64,000 nt of DNA from NCBI GenBank assembly GCA_009103225.1, contig RHPI01003642.1:393116-457115 (forward strand), read 5' to 3'. Each line of letters opens with the position of its first letter. Position 1 is the stretch's first letter. The translations under genes and the position numbers were made by a program. The notes under the pieces are model-generated. The model saw only the letters and a program-made list of their open reading frames with translations, had not been told where the DNA came from and made no database searches. The DNA is from Chlorokybus atmophyticus (lineage: Eukaryota; Plantae; Mesostigma and Chlorokybus algae). This document shows positions 1-13,101 of the stretch, piece by piece.

Positions 1-3000
1 GCTATTGAGCTGCACAACACAATGCTGGCTCAGGGCTCCTTGACAGCTGAGGACGTGAATAGAATTGCTCAAAAGTACGTGACTGCGTTCTGGAGAGTCA
101 GTCGCACTCCGCCAGTGTTGTGCGAGCTGATTGTGCAGATGTTACTGATTGACGTGTATACATGCACAGAGACTGCATGTGTCCTTACTTTCCAATACAA
201 CTACTGGCACAATGCTGATGCTAGCCATGTTGCATTCTACAGTTCTCCAATGTACTCCGCATGCAGTGAACAGGTCATCCACTGTTGGTATTTTGCTATG
301 TGCATGTGCTTGGCAGCTCAGATCAGAGTGCACTGTCGTTTTGCATTGGCGCCAATAGCATATCGTTGCTATCGGCTGAGTGCCTTTCTGCAGGTATGGC
401 GTGACTGCAAAGACGCCCAGCTATAACTTGGAGTTGCGTGCCTTGTACGACGGGTACGTATGCACAAGTTCTTGTATGTTTGTTGTATTGTAGACACCCA
501 TGGAAATGGGGTTTTGTGCCATTTGTTTGAGCAAACATGCGGTCAATGTGAGTTTGATTTCGTATTGTACTTATGCAGCTATTTGAGTAACATGATTCCC
601 CGTGGTGATGAGCCACTTGTTGGTGATGAGGCCGAGCGGTTGAGAGTTTTCAAAGATGCCCTTGGGCTGGAGGATCGTGACGCAGCCGACGTCCATATGG
701 AGGTCTGTTTATGAGTTCTGCAGTAGGCTTGGTGTGTATGCCACAGCCCAGATGCGTTGCATTTTATTTGCAGACACTTTATAGCAGATTATACCATGTT
801 TTGCTCACCCAACACTGCATTGATTAGGTGTTGCTATTCCAAAGACTTGAAGCAGTGAGCATGTTTTAGTCAACAAAACAAGTCATGCATCCTCAATGCG
901 TTTTCCACGAATAGAGGATATATTGTGTCATTAGACTCATCCGCAGCCCTAAGCAGTGTATTAGACAGTTCTGTTTCTGGCATGTGTGTGGTTTGGAAAG
1001 TAGTGCAGCGCTCATGTATATGTCGCCTAAGCGCATGCCTTTAGCAACGGACTGATGTCCACACGCGGTCACAGGTTGGTCGTCGTATTTATCGGCAGCG
1101 CCTGGAGGTGGGCAGCAAAGATCTGGAAACCGAAGAACGTCGGGTGAGCATGCTTCGTGCTACTGGTCACTTGGCATGCTGTACTTTGCCGGGATCTTGA
1201 ATGGCATGTATGAACACTATGTCTTGGTTCCACAGGCATTCCAGAAGCTGGTATTCGTTTCCACACAGTTGTTTGGAGAGGCAAAAGCACGGTTCCTTTT
1301 GCCATGGAAGCGTGTGTTTAATGTCACAGATGGCCAGGTGAATACTTGCCTTACATTGTAATGTATCATACTTGCACAAGCAATGCACTTGGATGTGTGG
1401 TTACATGGAAGAGCACTGACCAGTGTTCGGTTGCAGCTTTCCGTTGCTTTGAGGGATAATGCCAGTCGTCTGTATCGCAAGCATTTGGAAGCGGTTATGT
1501 CGGACAATGGTGAGCACAAGACTACGATTGGGCCATCTTGGCTTTAAAGATGCTGGGGTTATGTTGCAGGTTGTTGGCATTAACTATGTGGTAGCTGAGT
1601 TGACGCTTCATTTATTTTGGTCGCAGATTTGGTTGTCAGCACATTGCAGGAGGCGCGACAGTACCAGCTTACACTTGGGCTCGGCGATGATGTACGCGCC
1701 CTTGAGTGTTGAGATGTCTGGTTTGTTGTTTTTACTGCATATGGCTATTGTGACGCTTCATGTGATTGCAGGTTGCTTCTGAGCACTTTCAAGATCTCTC
1801 CCGCAAGGCAGCAGAAGGTTTTGTGGAACAAGCTCTTGAAGTGGCAAATGCGCGCACCAGGAAGAAGTATGATTCAAACAAGTTGTGCTAGACATGCACC
1901 GCCATTAGATTAAACAACTCATCTTATGCAATAAATACAGGGATCTGTCACCTGCTATTGGCCAGATGTTCCAGCTACTCTCGTACAACAAGCAACGCAA
2001 TGAGATCTTAAAGGCACATCCACGAGAGTCTCTTCCAGCCGGTTTCGGCGTGGCAACACTCATGGGTACCTTGCAGTATGTTAGCGCGGTGTGTGTCGTT
2101 GGCACATTGCTTGGCGTGGTTTGTGGTGTGCAAGCTTCGGCAGTTGGTTTTGTTCATTATATTCATCTGGCTGTTGCAGGTGGTGACTTTGACACCGACC
2201 GACGTAGAGAGGACCTCAAAGCGTTGTATCGGATTTATCTGACAGATGCTTTGGAGTTTGGTGCACTGACTGCTCAAAAAGTAAGTAAGCAGATGACAGC
2301 AGCAAGCATTTGCGCTCTTCTCAATTGCGCCTGTCACACACTCACTGTTTTGCTCAACAGGAGACTGAGCTGCAGCAACTCAAGAACATATTTGGGCTGG
2401 GCAACAAAGAAGCGGAGGCAGTTACACTGGAGACTACAGCCAGAGTGTACAGGAAGTTCTTGCGTGATGCGGCTCAGCCTGAGGGCACCTTGGACACTGC
2501 GTCAAGCCCTGCGGAGTTCCTGGAGGAGCTCTGTGATAAGCTGCGCTTCGCGCCTGAGTCGGCTGCCAAAGTACATGAAGGTATGGAGAGGCTGTGTCAG
2601 CGTACTACTGCTGAGTTATGCGTCAGTTTGTGCTTATGCAACCATGCTTCCAGATATCTATCGGCAAAAGCTGGAGGCGTCGGTGGCAAGCAAGCGGCTC
2701 AGCGAGGAGGATAACACAGCGCTGCAACGGCTCAGAGTTATCTTGTGCATTCCGCGAAAGACTGTGCAGACGGCGAACAGGGATATCGTCGGCAAGTTGT
2801 TCCGTGAGGTATGGTACATTGTGAACCCAGGCGTTGCATCGTGCCAGCACTGGCCGACACAATGAAGCACATTGACTGCATGGTACTGATATACAGTATC
2901 TGGGCAGGTTGTTGATGATGCTCTCAAGGCCCCTGCTGGAAGCTTCTCCTCTGCTGATGCAGAACAAGTCATTGTCTCTCAAAGGAACTTGAGGCTGGAC

Positions 3001-4582
3001 ACGGATACAGCGAAGGAGATTTTGGGTGTCGCTGTGCGCGCACAGTTTATGAACTACATCAAGGAGTCCAAGCAACAGAAGTCAAGGTCAGTTCTTGCTC
3101 GGAGGAGTCTACCAGGCTTGGCAGTGGCCAGAGTCGTTTTTGGTTCGCTTACCTCTCTCTGTTGAGCAGACTAGACAGCGCGAAGAAGCTGAAGGAGATG
3201 ATCTTCTTCAGCAACATGGTTGTGGTGCCATTGCTTGAAGGGTTGAAGGAGAAGCCCATGGAGGCGGAGACCGATGCTAAGGATCAGGTCATTGATGTTG
3301 AGCCTGAAAAGGAGGAGGCCACAGCCGAATCGCAAGCAGAGGCTCCATCTGAGGAGGTCAAGGACGAGGACAAGGTCCGGTCTCTGAAGAAGACGCAAGA
3401 TGCCATGATGGCGGAGTTGGCCAAGTCCCAGCGCGAAGTTACGCTTCGGGACGAATTGGACAAGCGGGACAGAGAAGACCTGTACAAGAACTTCTTGATC
3501 TATTGCTTGTCTGGAAATGTGGTGCAGCTCGCGTTTGGTGCTACCGTGCAGGTATGTGACCCTGGCCGTGTATGTATGCATGTACCGAGTCGCATGTCCG
3601 GCAAGTCGGCGTAGTGGGTATGTGATGAGTAACGCTTTTCGCTGTCATCAGGTGGAGCGCGATCAGATGGAGTTTGTCCGTTTATCGCAGCTGGGTGACA
3701 TTCTGGGTCTTAACCCTGTTGAAATCCAGCAGATTCACAGTGGCCTTGCAGAGCAGGCATTTGAGGCCAATGTCAAACAGATACTGGCTGATGGCCGGAT
3801 GAATTCAGAAAAGGCAGGCTACATGAAGAGCATGCAGGATCAGCTCGGCTTGTCTGATGAAGCTGCCAACAAGATTGTCAGCAAGCTTGTGAACACGCGC
3901 ATTTCCAAGGATATGGAAGCCAGCATGGCTGAAGGCAAGCTGAGCATTGATGACATCAAGGAGCTGCGTGACCAGGGCGCCAATGTTGACGGCATGATTC
4001 CCATCAACAAGAGGTTGCAGCTTTACAAGAAAAGTGTAGAGCTGGCCCTATCAGCTGGGTCAGTGGATTTCGACGCTGAAAGGATACTTGAGCGCGAGCC
4101 CGCCATCCTTGGTCTTGCAGAGGACAGAACTTCCAAGGTGAGTCTAGTACTGAAGATGTTGTTGCACGGTGCTTCGTATCCATGCAATGTCTGGATTATG
4201 TGTGCTCAATGTGTACCATTCGTGCAATTCCTGAGTGTTGTACTTGTGGTCACAGGTCATCAAAGAAATTGGCCGTGAGAAGAAGAAGAACGCGCTGATT
4301 CAAGCCGTTGCGGCTTTGCGCAAAAAGAACAAGCCAGACGTTGTGTCCCAACTGAACAACCTAGTGAACTGCCAACGGTTACTTCCTGAGGTGGATGTGG
4401 ACTGGAGTGTGAAGGAAGAGAAGGAAGACTTGTACAGTCTGTACGCGTCGGACGTGTCCGATGCCGAGAAGAAGCAGCTGCTGCAGACGGCGTTGAAGAT
4501 AGACAGTGCCGCTGCCCAGCAGCTTGTTGAAAGCGCTCACTCCTTTGAGATGGATGTAGAGGAGGAGGAGGCTTTCTTCTAG
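1..4582 (+). CDS. TIC110: Chloroplast inner-envelope translocon component Tic110 (multi-exon, 5' end lies outside the window)
   Basis: Spliced GT-AG exons give AIELHNTM..AQK|YGVTAKTPSYNLELRALYDG|YLSNMIPRGDEPLVGDEAERLRVFKDALGLEDRDAADVHME|VGRRIYRQRLEVGSKDLETEERR|AFQKLVFVSTQLFGEAKARFLLPWKRVFNVTDGQ, matching the Tic110 consensus (KFKNALGIDDPDAA.MHMEIGRRIFRQRLE; AFQKLIYVS.LVFGEA.FLLPWKRVF.VTD.Q). Ends MDVEEEEAFF*TAG at 4582. Confidence 0.95.
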
Positions 4583-4759
4583 GAGGGTTGCGTATTACGC
4601 TAGACGGCTGATTACTTTGTGCTCGCGTTCTTGCAATTGTATTGTGTTTTGCTTAGAAGTAATGCTGCCATGTTGGTTTGCAGCTTGCAAAGCTTGCTGT
4701 TGCTTTACCTTGCTTTCAGCAAGGTAAATCAGTACCGACACGCAGACGAGGTTTGTCAG

Positions 4760-4802
4760 CCTGGCCACTCAAGAGTGCCTGGCCACTAGAGAGTGCCTGC
4801 CC
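4760..4802. repeat. 18-bp tandem repeat (about 2.4 copies) downstream of TIC110
   Basis: cctggccactcaagagtg / cctggccactagagagtg / cctgccc read directly. Confidence 0.7.
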
Positions 4803-6562
4803 TCAACTGAAAGCACAATGTCTTCCTATTGTTTTGTAACTGTCACACGCACAGCATTGCATATATTCTACTCTACATCTCCTCATCCTTCTAAGAACGC
4901 TGAATCAGGGAGTTGAAGGCAAGGAAGTAGGGAGGCGACTGCGTTAACTGCGGAAGGTTTTGCGCCCTCCAGCAATGTTGACGTAGGGTATAGCGTAGCT
5001 AACACCCAAAACACTAGCCACATGCAAGGGATTTCACAAACACAAGTCTACCGCTGAGGCTCATATAGCCTTACAGCAAACAAAGCAAGCCTGTCACCTA
5101 ACATATCAAGAAGGTTTGGCCTATGCAATGCGCTGGACGCGCACAGACCATGCGAAGTGTAATTGCCCGTGCTTGTGTACCTGTTAGTAGTATGACGTCC
5201 ATGGCCTTACATGAGAGCCTGTTGTAGCTGCAGTGCGTGATGAAGAGTGCAACACGGGGATGGAATCAAGGTTGATCAACTGAAAGGATGGTGCACTCGT
5301 CGTGCAACGAGGTCACTCATGTAACTTCACCATGTTCTTGAGCGGCCTTGCAGCGCCCTTGCGTTCGGGTGAGCGCATGCACTGGCCACATCTACCGTCC
5401 CTGCGAGCGCTGATCAAAGCTGGAGGGTGTGTCTGCCACTCATGCACACTGTGGAGCACAGTGTGACAGTGGTGATGGTGGTGACAGAGGGTGAGCAACT
5501 ATGCCTGCGTGCAGCCCGGTGGTCCAATGCTCGGTTCAGTCGTGAGTACATGCATCGCTAAGTGTGGCCGACCTGTGCGCCTCAGGTTGGTTGCTTCTTA
5601 CGTTGCCCTGCTACCGCTACTGCCTGCCTCAAGCACCCACCCACGCACTTATTGCATTGCACATAGAAGCACTCAGCATAGTAGTGCCCCCGGTGTAATG
5701 TAATTGTGCCGGCCTGTTTGTTTGCTTGCTTTACTCTTGTTGGCTTGTGAGCTTGTGTGAGCTTGTATGTGCATGGACTGCATGTATGAAAGATGACTTA
5801 TATCCTATGCATGCGTTGGGTGAATGCCAGGCATGTTCAACACGTGTTAGCCTGTCCTGACTTAGGCCCCCTGACAAATGCGGTGTGTCGATTGCAGTGA
5901 AAGCCAGCGGCGCAGTTGTCGTGATGGCGGTCACTTGTTTTGGTAAGTCAGGAGGCGTTGTTTAGTAGTTGTAGTTGGCCAGCTTTTGCAACGGGGTGTT
6001 GTGGTGGCCGCCTTGGGTATAAGCGCCGGCGCCGGCATCCGTCTGTCCGTAGTGTCGCCGGCCACTTGTTGAGTGAGTCAGCATCCCGCGCTGTGAACCT
6101 GCACCCACGGCAAGCATGCGTGCATGTATCGCAGCTGTCGATACATGCAGCTGTAGGTTCGCAGTGGTGAGCTTGGCATGCTTGGTATGCTTGGTATGCT
6201 TTATTAACACACTCCACCATTAGCAACAATCAACAACAGCAACAGTGTGCCACTGTTGCTGATTGCTTACTCAATAACAGCACGCTGCTTGAGCCTCGAT
6301 TCTAGTTGGTTCATTGAATGAATGTGCTGCTGATGGCTGCGCAACAGCAGAGCTGTGCATGGGGCCGCCTGCTATCGTCGGCGTATACTTGAGAGGGGAG
6401 CGGTTTGGCTGACCACTTGTGCAAAGGGAGACAGAAAATACCACGCCGACTGACACAAGAAGGTAGCTATGTTTTCGTTTGGTTGGTGCATGCACTTGAC
6501 ATGTGCTATCTGCAAACCTGACCACGCACTTGGCAAGCAGGCACTCCCGTCAACAAACAACA

Positions 6563-9500
6563 ATGGGGCACAGGACTATGTCCAATTCAAGGGTTGTTGT
6601 GCACATAGACATGGACGCTTTCTACGCTCAAGTAAGCACCCTTGGTCTTTGTGCCAATGCCATTCTCAACACTTTGGCGGGCGTACAATATGCTCGTTGC
6701 TCTTGCAGGTGGAGCAAGTGCGCCTGAGTATCGATCCAGCTGAGCCAGTAAGTGAGTTGTTTGGTTGCAGCTCAGCGCATTGCTCTATGGGTGTGCTAGG
6801 AATCTAGCAGGAAGGTTGCTACTTGTCGTGTTGTGTGTTCAGTTGGCAGTGCAGCAGTGGCAAGGCTTGATTGCTGTCAACTACCCTGCTCGTGCCGCTG
6901 GCGTCACGCGGCACATGCGTATCCAGGTACTAAACAGGGATGTTAGTAGTGTTGTGCTTTGCTGTGTACGCGGACCCCTCTGTTGTGAACAGCTACGTTG
7001 ACACTGTTGCGTCAAATGAAGTGTTGTGGTGGTCACTCATGCACGATTGTTTTTGCAGGAAGCACTAGAGAAGGTAGGTGCGGGTTGGTGGTATGGAAGT
7101 CGGCTCGTCTTCTTTGAACTATAACAACGTTTGCTGGCAGTGTCCGCATCTGAAAACCGTGCACGTCGAGGTCATAGGTGGGGAGCCAGGCACAACAGAG
7201 CGAGAGCAGGGCAAGGTGTCGCTGGAAAGATATCGCCGGGTGCGTCCTTGTTAGCTTTTTCTCGGGCATTGCGCAAAAGTACTGTTGGCTTGGTCACGCA
7301 AACGTATTATGGCAGACTACCATCATCGTTGTCGTCGGTGCTGACTTTGTTGTCAGCCCTTTGTTACTTGCAGGCGGCTGTAGGCATAGAGGCCTTGTTT
7401 CGCAGGTTTACACCGCTGTGCGAGAGAGCTAGTATAGATGAAGCCTATCTGGATCTAACGTCTAAGGTTGGGATTGACCCCTGCGAATTCTGATTGTGTA
7501 CTGCGTGGGTGGTGTGCCTGCATCACCTTGCTGCGGCATTGCAGGTGGAAGAGTTGCTAGCTGGGCCGGATTGTGATACTGTCATGGCTGAGTGCAATTT
7601 CATCGCACCAGTGGTGGAGCCGCCACCTGCTCCAGCGGCAGAGCAACATGCAGATTATGAACTTCATACTGAAGCCGCAGGCATTGCTGAAGATGAGCAT
7701 CAAGTACCAGACAGTACGCCGCCTGAGGTTCCTGCAAATACTACTTATGTGTCGGATGGCAGTCCACTTGACGCCTCTTTCGAGTTTGATCGCAGGTAAC
7801 TAGTGTTGCGGCTAACCTGGGCTTCTTGCAGTTTCGCGTGCCGGCATGCCTAATGCTGATGTTCTGAAGTCTTCTGTGCATGTCACTTCAGACTGATGGT
7901 GGGGGCAGCACTGACATCACGCATACGAGCTGCAGTAAAAAGCGAGCTTGGTTACACCTGCAGCGCAGGCATTTCCTTCAACAAACTGTTGGCCAAGATA
8001 GCTTCCTCAAAGAACAAACCAAACAAGCAGACAGTGGTGGGTGGTTGTGTAGTGCCTGCAGAACTGTATGCATCCAGTGTAATTGCTGCTCCCAGTACAA
8101 ACCTGAAGTTATGGGCAATTCTGCAGGTGCCCTTGCGTGCTGTAGATGGCCTGATGAAGGAGCTGCCTCTGAAGAAGATTCGTAATCTTGGAGGCAAATT
8201 GGGAGCTGTAAGGGTTGGCATGTCGGTGTAGCTGCAGTGGTCTGCGCAGCCAGTGCTTGTACGAGGCAGCATGTACATTACATTTGTTTCTGCAACAGGA
8301 GCTGGAGTCCCGTGGTTGTGTCACTGCTGGAGATGTACAGGCATTCAGCTGGGAGAGGATGTGCTCTGACTTTGGAGATCGCATGGGCAGCTGGGTGTAC
8401 TTCGCTGTAAGGTACTCGAGTTGCTGACTACAAGGGCAGTGAGCATTCAAAAGGCACCGTTGAGGTGTTGTAGGTCTCTTTCTGCAAACTTAGTCCTTAT
8501 CAACCAATCTTTTTCCCTGCTGTTCTCAGGGGTCAGAATGACGATCCAGGTAATTGCAACATGGCATACCTGCTTCGCATGTCTGCAAAGCGCGCTAATG
8601 TGAAGTACCATGTGTCAGTGACCGTCAAGGAGGGTGTGAAGTCCATGCTGGCCGCAAAAACATTTGAATCTACTTGCGACAATGCGATCTTGCAGTAAGA
8701 CAGCGTTCATACTGTCAGCAAGTTACAATGCTTCCTGCAAGGTGCTTGTTGAGATGACCTTTGCGCAGCCGATGGATGGAGATACTGGCTGAGGAGATTT
8801 CCATGCGGATGACAGCAGATCACAGCAACAGGCAGCCTCGCACATTGAGTCTGTCTTACAGGAATGCAACGACTTCCAAAGACAGGTTCATTGAGTGCAT
8901 GCATGCATTCTGCAACATGCGACTGACCGTTGCGTAGTTCTTCTGCACCATGGCAAGGAAACACAATGAATCACGCAATGCTAAGCGTACAATGCGCAGA
9001 TCCAAGTCGTGCCCCTTCCCACATGGAGCGCTTGTAACCCAAGAAAGAGAAGCTATCAAGCATATTCTGTTAGACGCTGGTCAGTTACAATATGAACAAG
9101 AATTGGTGTTTGGTACATTGTGGTGGGAGGTATGCTAATGAGCATTCGTATCATGCCAGGCATGACTTTGCTGCGGAAAGCTGGTGAGGAAAGTTTCCCA
9201 TGCTGTCGGCTGGCTCTGTCTGCTACCAACTGGGTGGACTTGCCAGCACCAGTAAGCCCATTGCACACAGTGATAAATTGCTCGTCCATGTGCACCTCCT
9301 CATTTCTTGATGGTTGATCATGCCGCTTGTAGGGCAAAGCAAACATCACAAGCTTTTTTGGAAGTCCTGCTGTGAAGACGAATGCCGAGTCTAGCGACAT
9401 GCACAGTGCTCTTCAGCAACCAATAGCCGTCGTGCCAAATAAGCGAGCAGCCCCCAATCCGTTAGCATCGGCATTTGCGCGCGCATCCAAGAAGATTGCG

Positions 9501-9857
9501 GCAGTCAGCACCCATACACCTGTTACTGTTGACTTGGTGGATGACTCTGTCAGCGTTGCTCAGAAGTTGGGCGCGGACGGCATTACTATTGCGCAAGAGG
9601 ATCAGATAGGTGGCGCATCATCTGTTGGCGCGGGTGCAGTGGTGGCTGGATCAGCGCGACATAGTGAGCTTGCTGATGATAGTGCTTTTCAACTGGAGGA
9701 TGTGGATGTGGCGGAGCAGCAGCGGTTGTACAAGCAACTCACGCACCGCAGTGCCACGCCGTCAACAGTTGCGTTACCAACTGCGAATGGCAAGAATGCG
9801 CAGAGTAGGGACCAGCGCTCAGTGGCGTCCTTCTTCAGCAAAACGCTGAAGAGGTAG
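6563..9857 (+). CDS. POLH: Y-family DNA polymerase eta (multi-exon)
   Basis: Exons give RVVVHIDMDAFYAQ|VEQ, LAVQQWQGLIAVNYPARAAGVTRHM, GKVSLERYRR, CERASIDEAYLDLT, ELGYTCSAGISFNKLLAKIASSKNKPNKQT, LPLKKIRNLGGKLG and VKSMLAAKTF. C-terminal ITSFF and SVASFFSK are PIP/RIR-like and DVDVAEQQRL is UBM-like. Stop TAG at 9857. Confidence 0.95.
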
Positions 9858-10339
9858 TGGACTTAGAGCTGTGTAGTGTAGATTCCAGCCAGTGCATGTA
9901 TTGTAAGAATTCATGACAAAGAGATATGGATGTGGATGTGCAGCGTGTCAACCACTGGCTTTTGCCAAGTCTGCAGTCTGGTGGCATAAATTTCCCGAAC
10001 GAGGTGCATATCTATACGTGCACGCGTCATGTGAGTATGACATGCCACATGCGACTACTGCATGCTGTTTTGGTGTCACTGGCCGCATGCATTGGTGTTG
10101 ATGCTGATCAGCACCCATTAAAGCACATCAGCTTGCATCGACGCTGACCAAAGCCATACACTGCAAGCAAGACGGTACCGCCAGACAATAAAGCATTGTG
10201 TACACATGTAACGAAAGCTTATGGTGTTGAGTGCACGGTTGCATGGGTCAGTATGCATGTACAGCCCATTCACGCATATGCACACCTCATTTCATGTGCA
10301 CATGTACACAGGCGCAAACATGGTTAAAGCACCCAAGCA

Positions 10340-10398
10340 CTTGCACGAATGAAGCCTTCATTCGTGCAAGGAAAGTGGCAGCACATGTGGCACTTTCC
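10340..10398. repeat. Perfect 15-bp inverted repeat (1-nt spacer) followed by a second hairpin
   Basis: cttgcacgaatgaag-c-cttcattcgtgcaag (10340-10370), then ggaaagtg...cactttcc (10370-10398). Confidence 0.85.
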
Positions 10399-11670
10399 AA
10401 CATAGCATATTATACAACAGTAGAAGAACACGTCAACAAAGGGAGGAATACGTCGTGAGGCATGGCCCTGCAGAAACCACCCGTATGTTTTGACCTAAAG
10501 CTTCGTCCGAAGTAGGAGACGCTGACAACGCGGATCCAAATAATCAACGGTTTTATGGCCCATGTGCTTGCTAACTGCTCTACAAAGGTGCGTGCATCTG
10601 CGGGCCACGTGGGCATGGCAGCTGCCAATTGTAGTAGCAGTAACTATGTCTCAGCGCAGGTCATGGATGCTTATGTCGTCTTGAAACGACAAAAACTTAG
10701 CATCGATCTCGATGTTGCACCTATAGTATAAGCACCTGAGCATGTGCACTAGCTTAGACAAAGCTCTTAGCTTTGATAATATTGATAATATTGTGTACAA
10801 TAGGAATTTGCGTTGATTGCAAACTTCTATTGTACACGGCTCGTATACACGCGTGAGCTCATGTGTAAAACTCAAAGTATATTGATGGAAAGGTGCTTTT
10901 TTAATGTCTATTGATGTGTCGAACCTCCGTCAAATAGCCCGTATACATATCGGGCACATCCATCATATGCACGTGCACAATCATCAATGTTTTACAGGCA
11001 TATATCATTGTAAATCGCAACCTTGCAAAGTTTTGCAGAGCTTAAGCGCAAAGTGCAGGATTACGTACATGAACTTGGAGGTCTTCGAAGTTTTCGAAAG
11101 ACCTCCAAAAACACACCTCACACATTACACAAACTTTGTAGTCCTGCACTTTGCTCGACATGGCTGAGTTATGTGTTTGAAAACACAACTCAAACATGAT
11201 TTCGCTGCAACCTTGCGCACCCCCATACGCACGCCTACCAATTGCAGTGCGGCTTGCAGTTATAGAAGACGCAACAACAGCAATGCACTTGCAAGAAAAC
11301 CAAGATCTTCAAGAGACTTTTGCTCAAGCTGCTGCAAGACATTTATGCTAAGGCTTTCGGTTATAACAGGCACATTGCCGTGATGGCTGTTCGACAGCCA
11401 CATCCTCATGGTACGAGGTGTATTGCCTGTCGCTAAATGTGTTGGTGATGATATAAACATATAACACCGTTGCACTTGTTGGTGGACGCAAAGAGTGTTG
11501 TTATCGAGTTTGGCTCGAAGCATTTTTTTAAACGACACTATAGTCATCATTTTGCTATTGACATACACTTGCGAAAAATATTTGGCTTTAACAGCAACTT
11601 AATGTGTCAAGCATATTTAAGGGCAATGAAAGCAGCATCAGAAGCTTATCTTCTCACAAGATTGTAAACA

Positions 11671-11950
11671 TTAAAACACAACATTAACGGCAAGATTACA
11701 AAAGTCAGTTGCACAACATGACCAATCAGTTCTACGTTTTGCGCACAATTCCTTCAAGCTCCCCAATACGTCGGTGCATGTTGGCGTGAATAGTGTCCGT
11801 TACTTCACGCCTGACAGCTTTCAGCTAGCTTCCTTGCGCAGCAATGCATCGCTCAAGCTTCGTTTCCAAGGTGACTGCCAATTTCGTCAACTTGATTTTG
11901 CTTGCCGTGATGAAAGTCCATTCCTGACGTAGCTACGTGGTTGGTGGCTG
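11671..11950. repeat. Diverged dispersed repeat, copy A (partner at 13102-13410)
   Basis: Collinear blocks shared with copy B: ttaaaacacaacat(t/a)aacggcaagat(t/c)acaa(a/g)agt; gcatgt(t/c)ggcgtgaa...ttcacgcc; aatgc..c.(c/t)tcaagcttcgt; gtc(c/a)attcct. Confidence 0.8.
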
Positions 11951-12095
11951 CGCGGTTATATGTGCAGTATCAAAGGCAAACCGAAGCATACATGCGTAAT
12001 GCGTACATGTGCGAGTGCCTTGAGGGTGTTCAACTATACTACAATTGTATGATACAATTGTGCTTGCTGGCCAGCTGTCATTTACATAATGACTA

Positions 12096-12433
12096 TCGTA
12101 TTTACCCGTTCACACTGCCCCCCTTCCAACATAGTGCCCCCTCAAAATTTATTTAGGGGTAATTGTATTTCGGGGAGGGCACTCTATTTGGAAGGGGCAA
12201 TTGTATAAGGTCGTGATTACGCTGACTAAACGTATATGACTAAATGTGACGTAATTCGGAACAATACGTAACAGGACCGTAACTCAAGTGTAACTTACTG
12301 CATTTTATGTGTAATACTATAGCGGTGGGGCTTCGTATACGAGAAAGGGGCATAATAGAGCCTAACAAAGTGCCCCCCTTAGAACCGGGGGGGGTAATTG
12401 TAATAGGGGGGCACTTACAGCGGGTAAATACGG
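12096..12433. mobile_element. 338-bp non-autonomous pogo/Tc2-type DNA transposon (MITE)
   Basis: Left end TA|tCGTATTTACCCG..tgcccccc; right end reverse-complements to cCGTATTTACCCG..tgcccccc, flanked by TG (decayed TA). The CCGTATTT terminus is typical of pogo/Tc2-family TIRs. Both subterminal regions are internal hairpins (12116-12199; 12368-12416). No ORF. Confidence 0.8.
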
Positions 12434-13101
12434 TGGTTTTGTTGCACGCGAAAGTGCGTTATGATTGTTTGAATGACTACACGCATCATGTAAATAAATG
12501 ATGCGACGCCAGTATTATGTGCGACGTGTCATGCACGACGCATGTGACTGATAAGTATCACAAATTAAATATGATTAGATCACAAGCCTTATAACCTATT
12601 TGTGTCGCATTGCGGTTATTTTTATGTTTCAACCATATTGACAATCTTTGGTAAAAAACATTTGCTGCAAAAAGCGACTACTGTTGCAACTGTACGAATC
12701 CATTATGCACTATGCTACACAAAACACGATGGATCGAATTATGTTGGATAAGCAGATCAAGGTAGCTCTGTAATATAAAACCAAGGATTCGTCACATGCA
12801 ACAATTGTAGCTTACGAGCGGCATGTGTGTGTGTGTGTGCGTGTGCCATAATATAATATAATGGTAACGTTATATTCAAACTATGCACATTGAGTCAAGC
12901 TACTATTTCACATAATTTGTCCCATGCAACGCATATAATTGATCTCTGCACGTGGTATGCTACATTTACTTACCATATTTCAGGTTTATCACGAAGTATC
13001 TGTATGTGATAAAGTTTACAACAAAAGAGTTGCATAACCATGATGACGCTTGTATTAACTTGCACAGTAGCCATGAAGATAGTCACAACACTGTTTAATG
13101 A

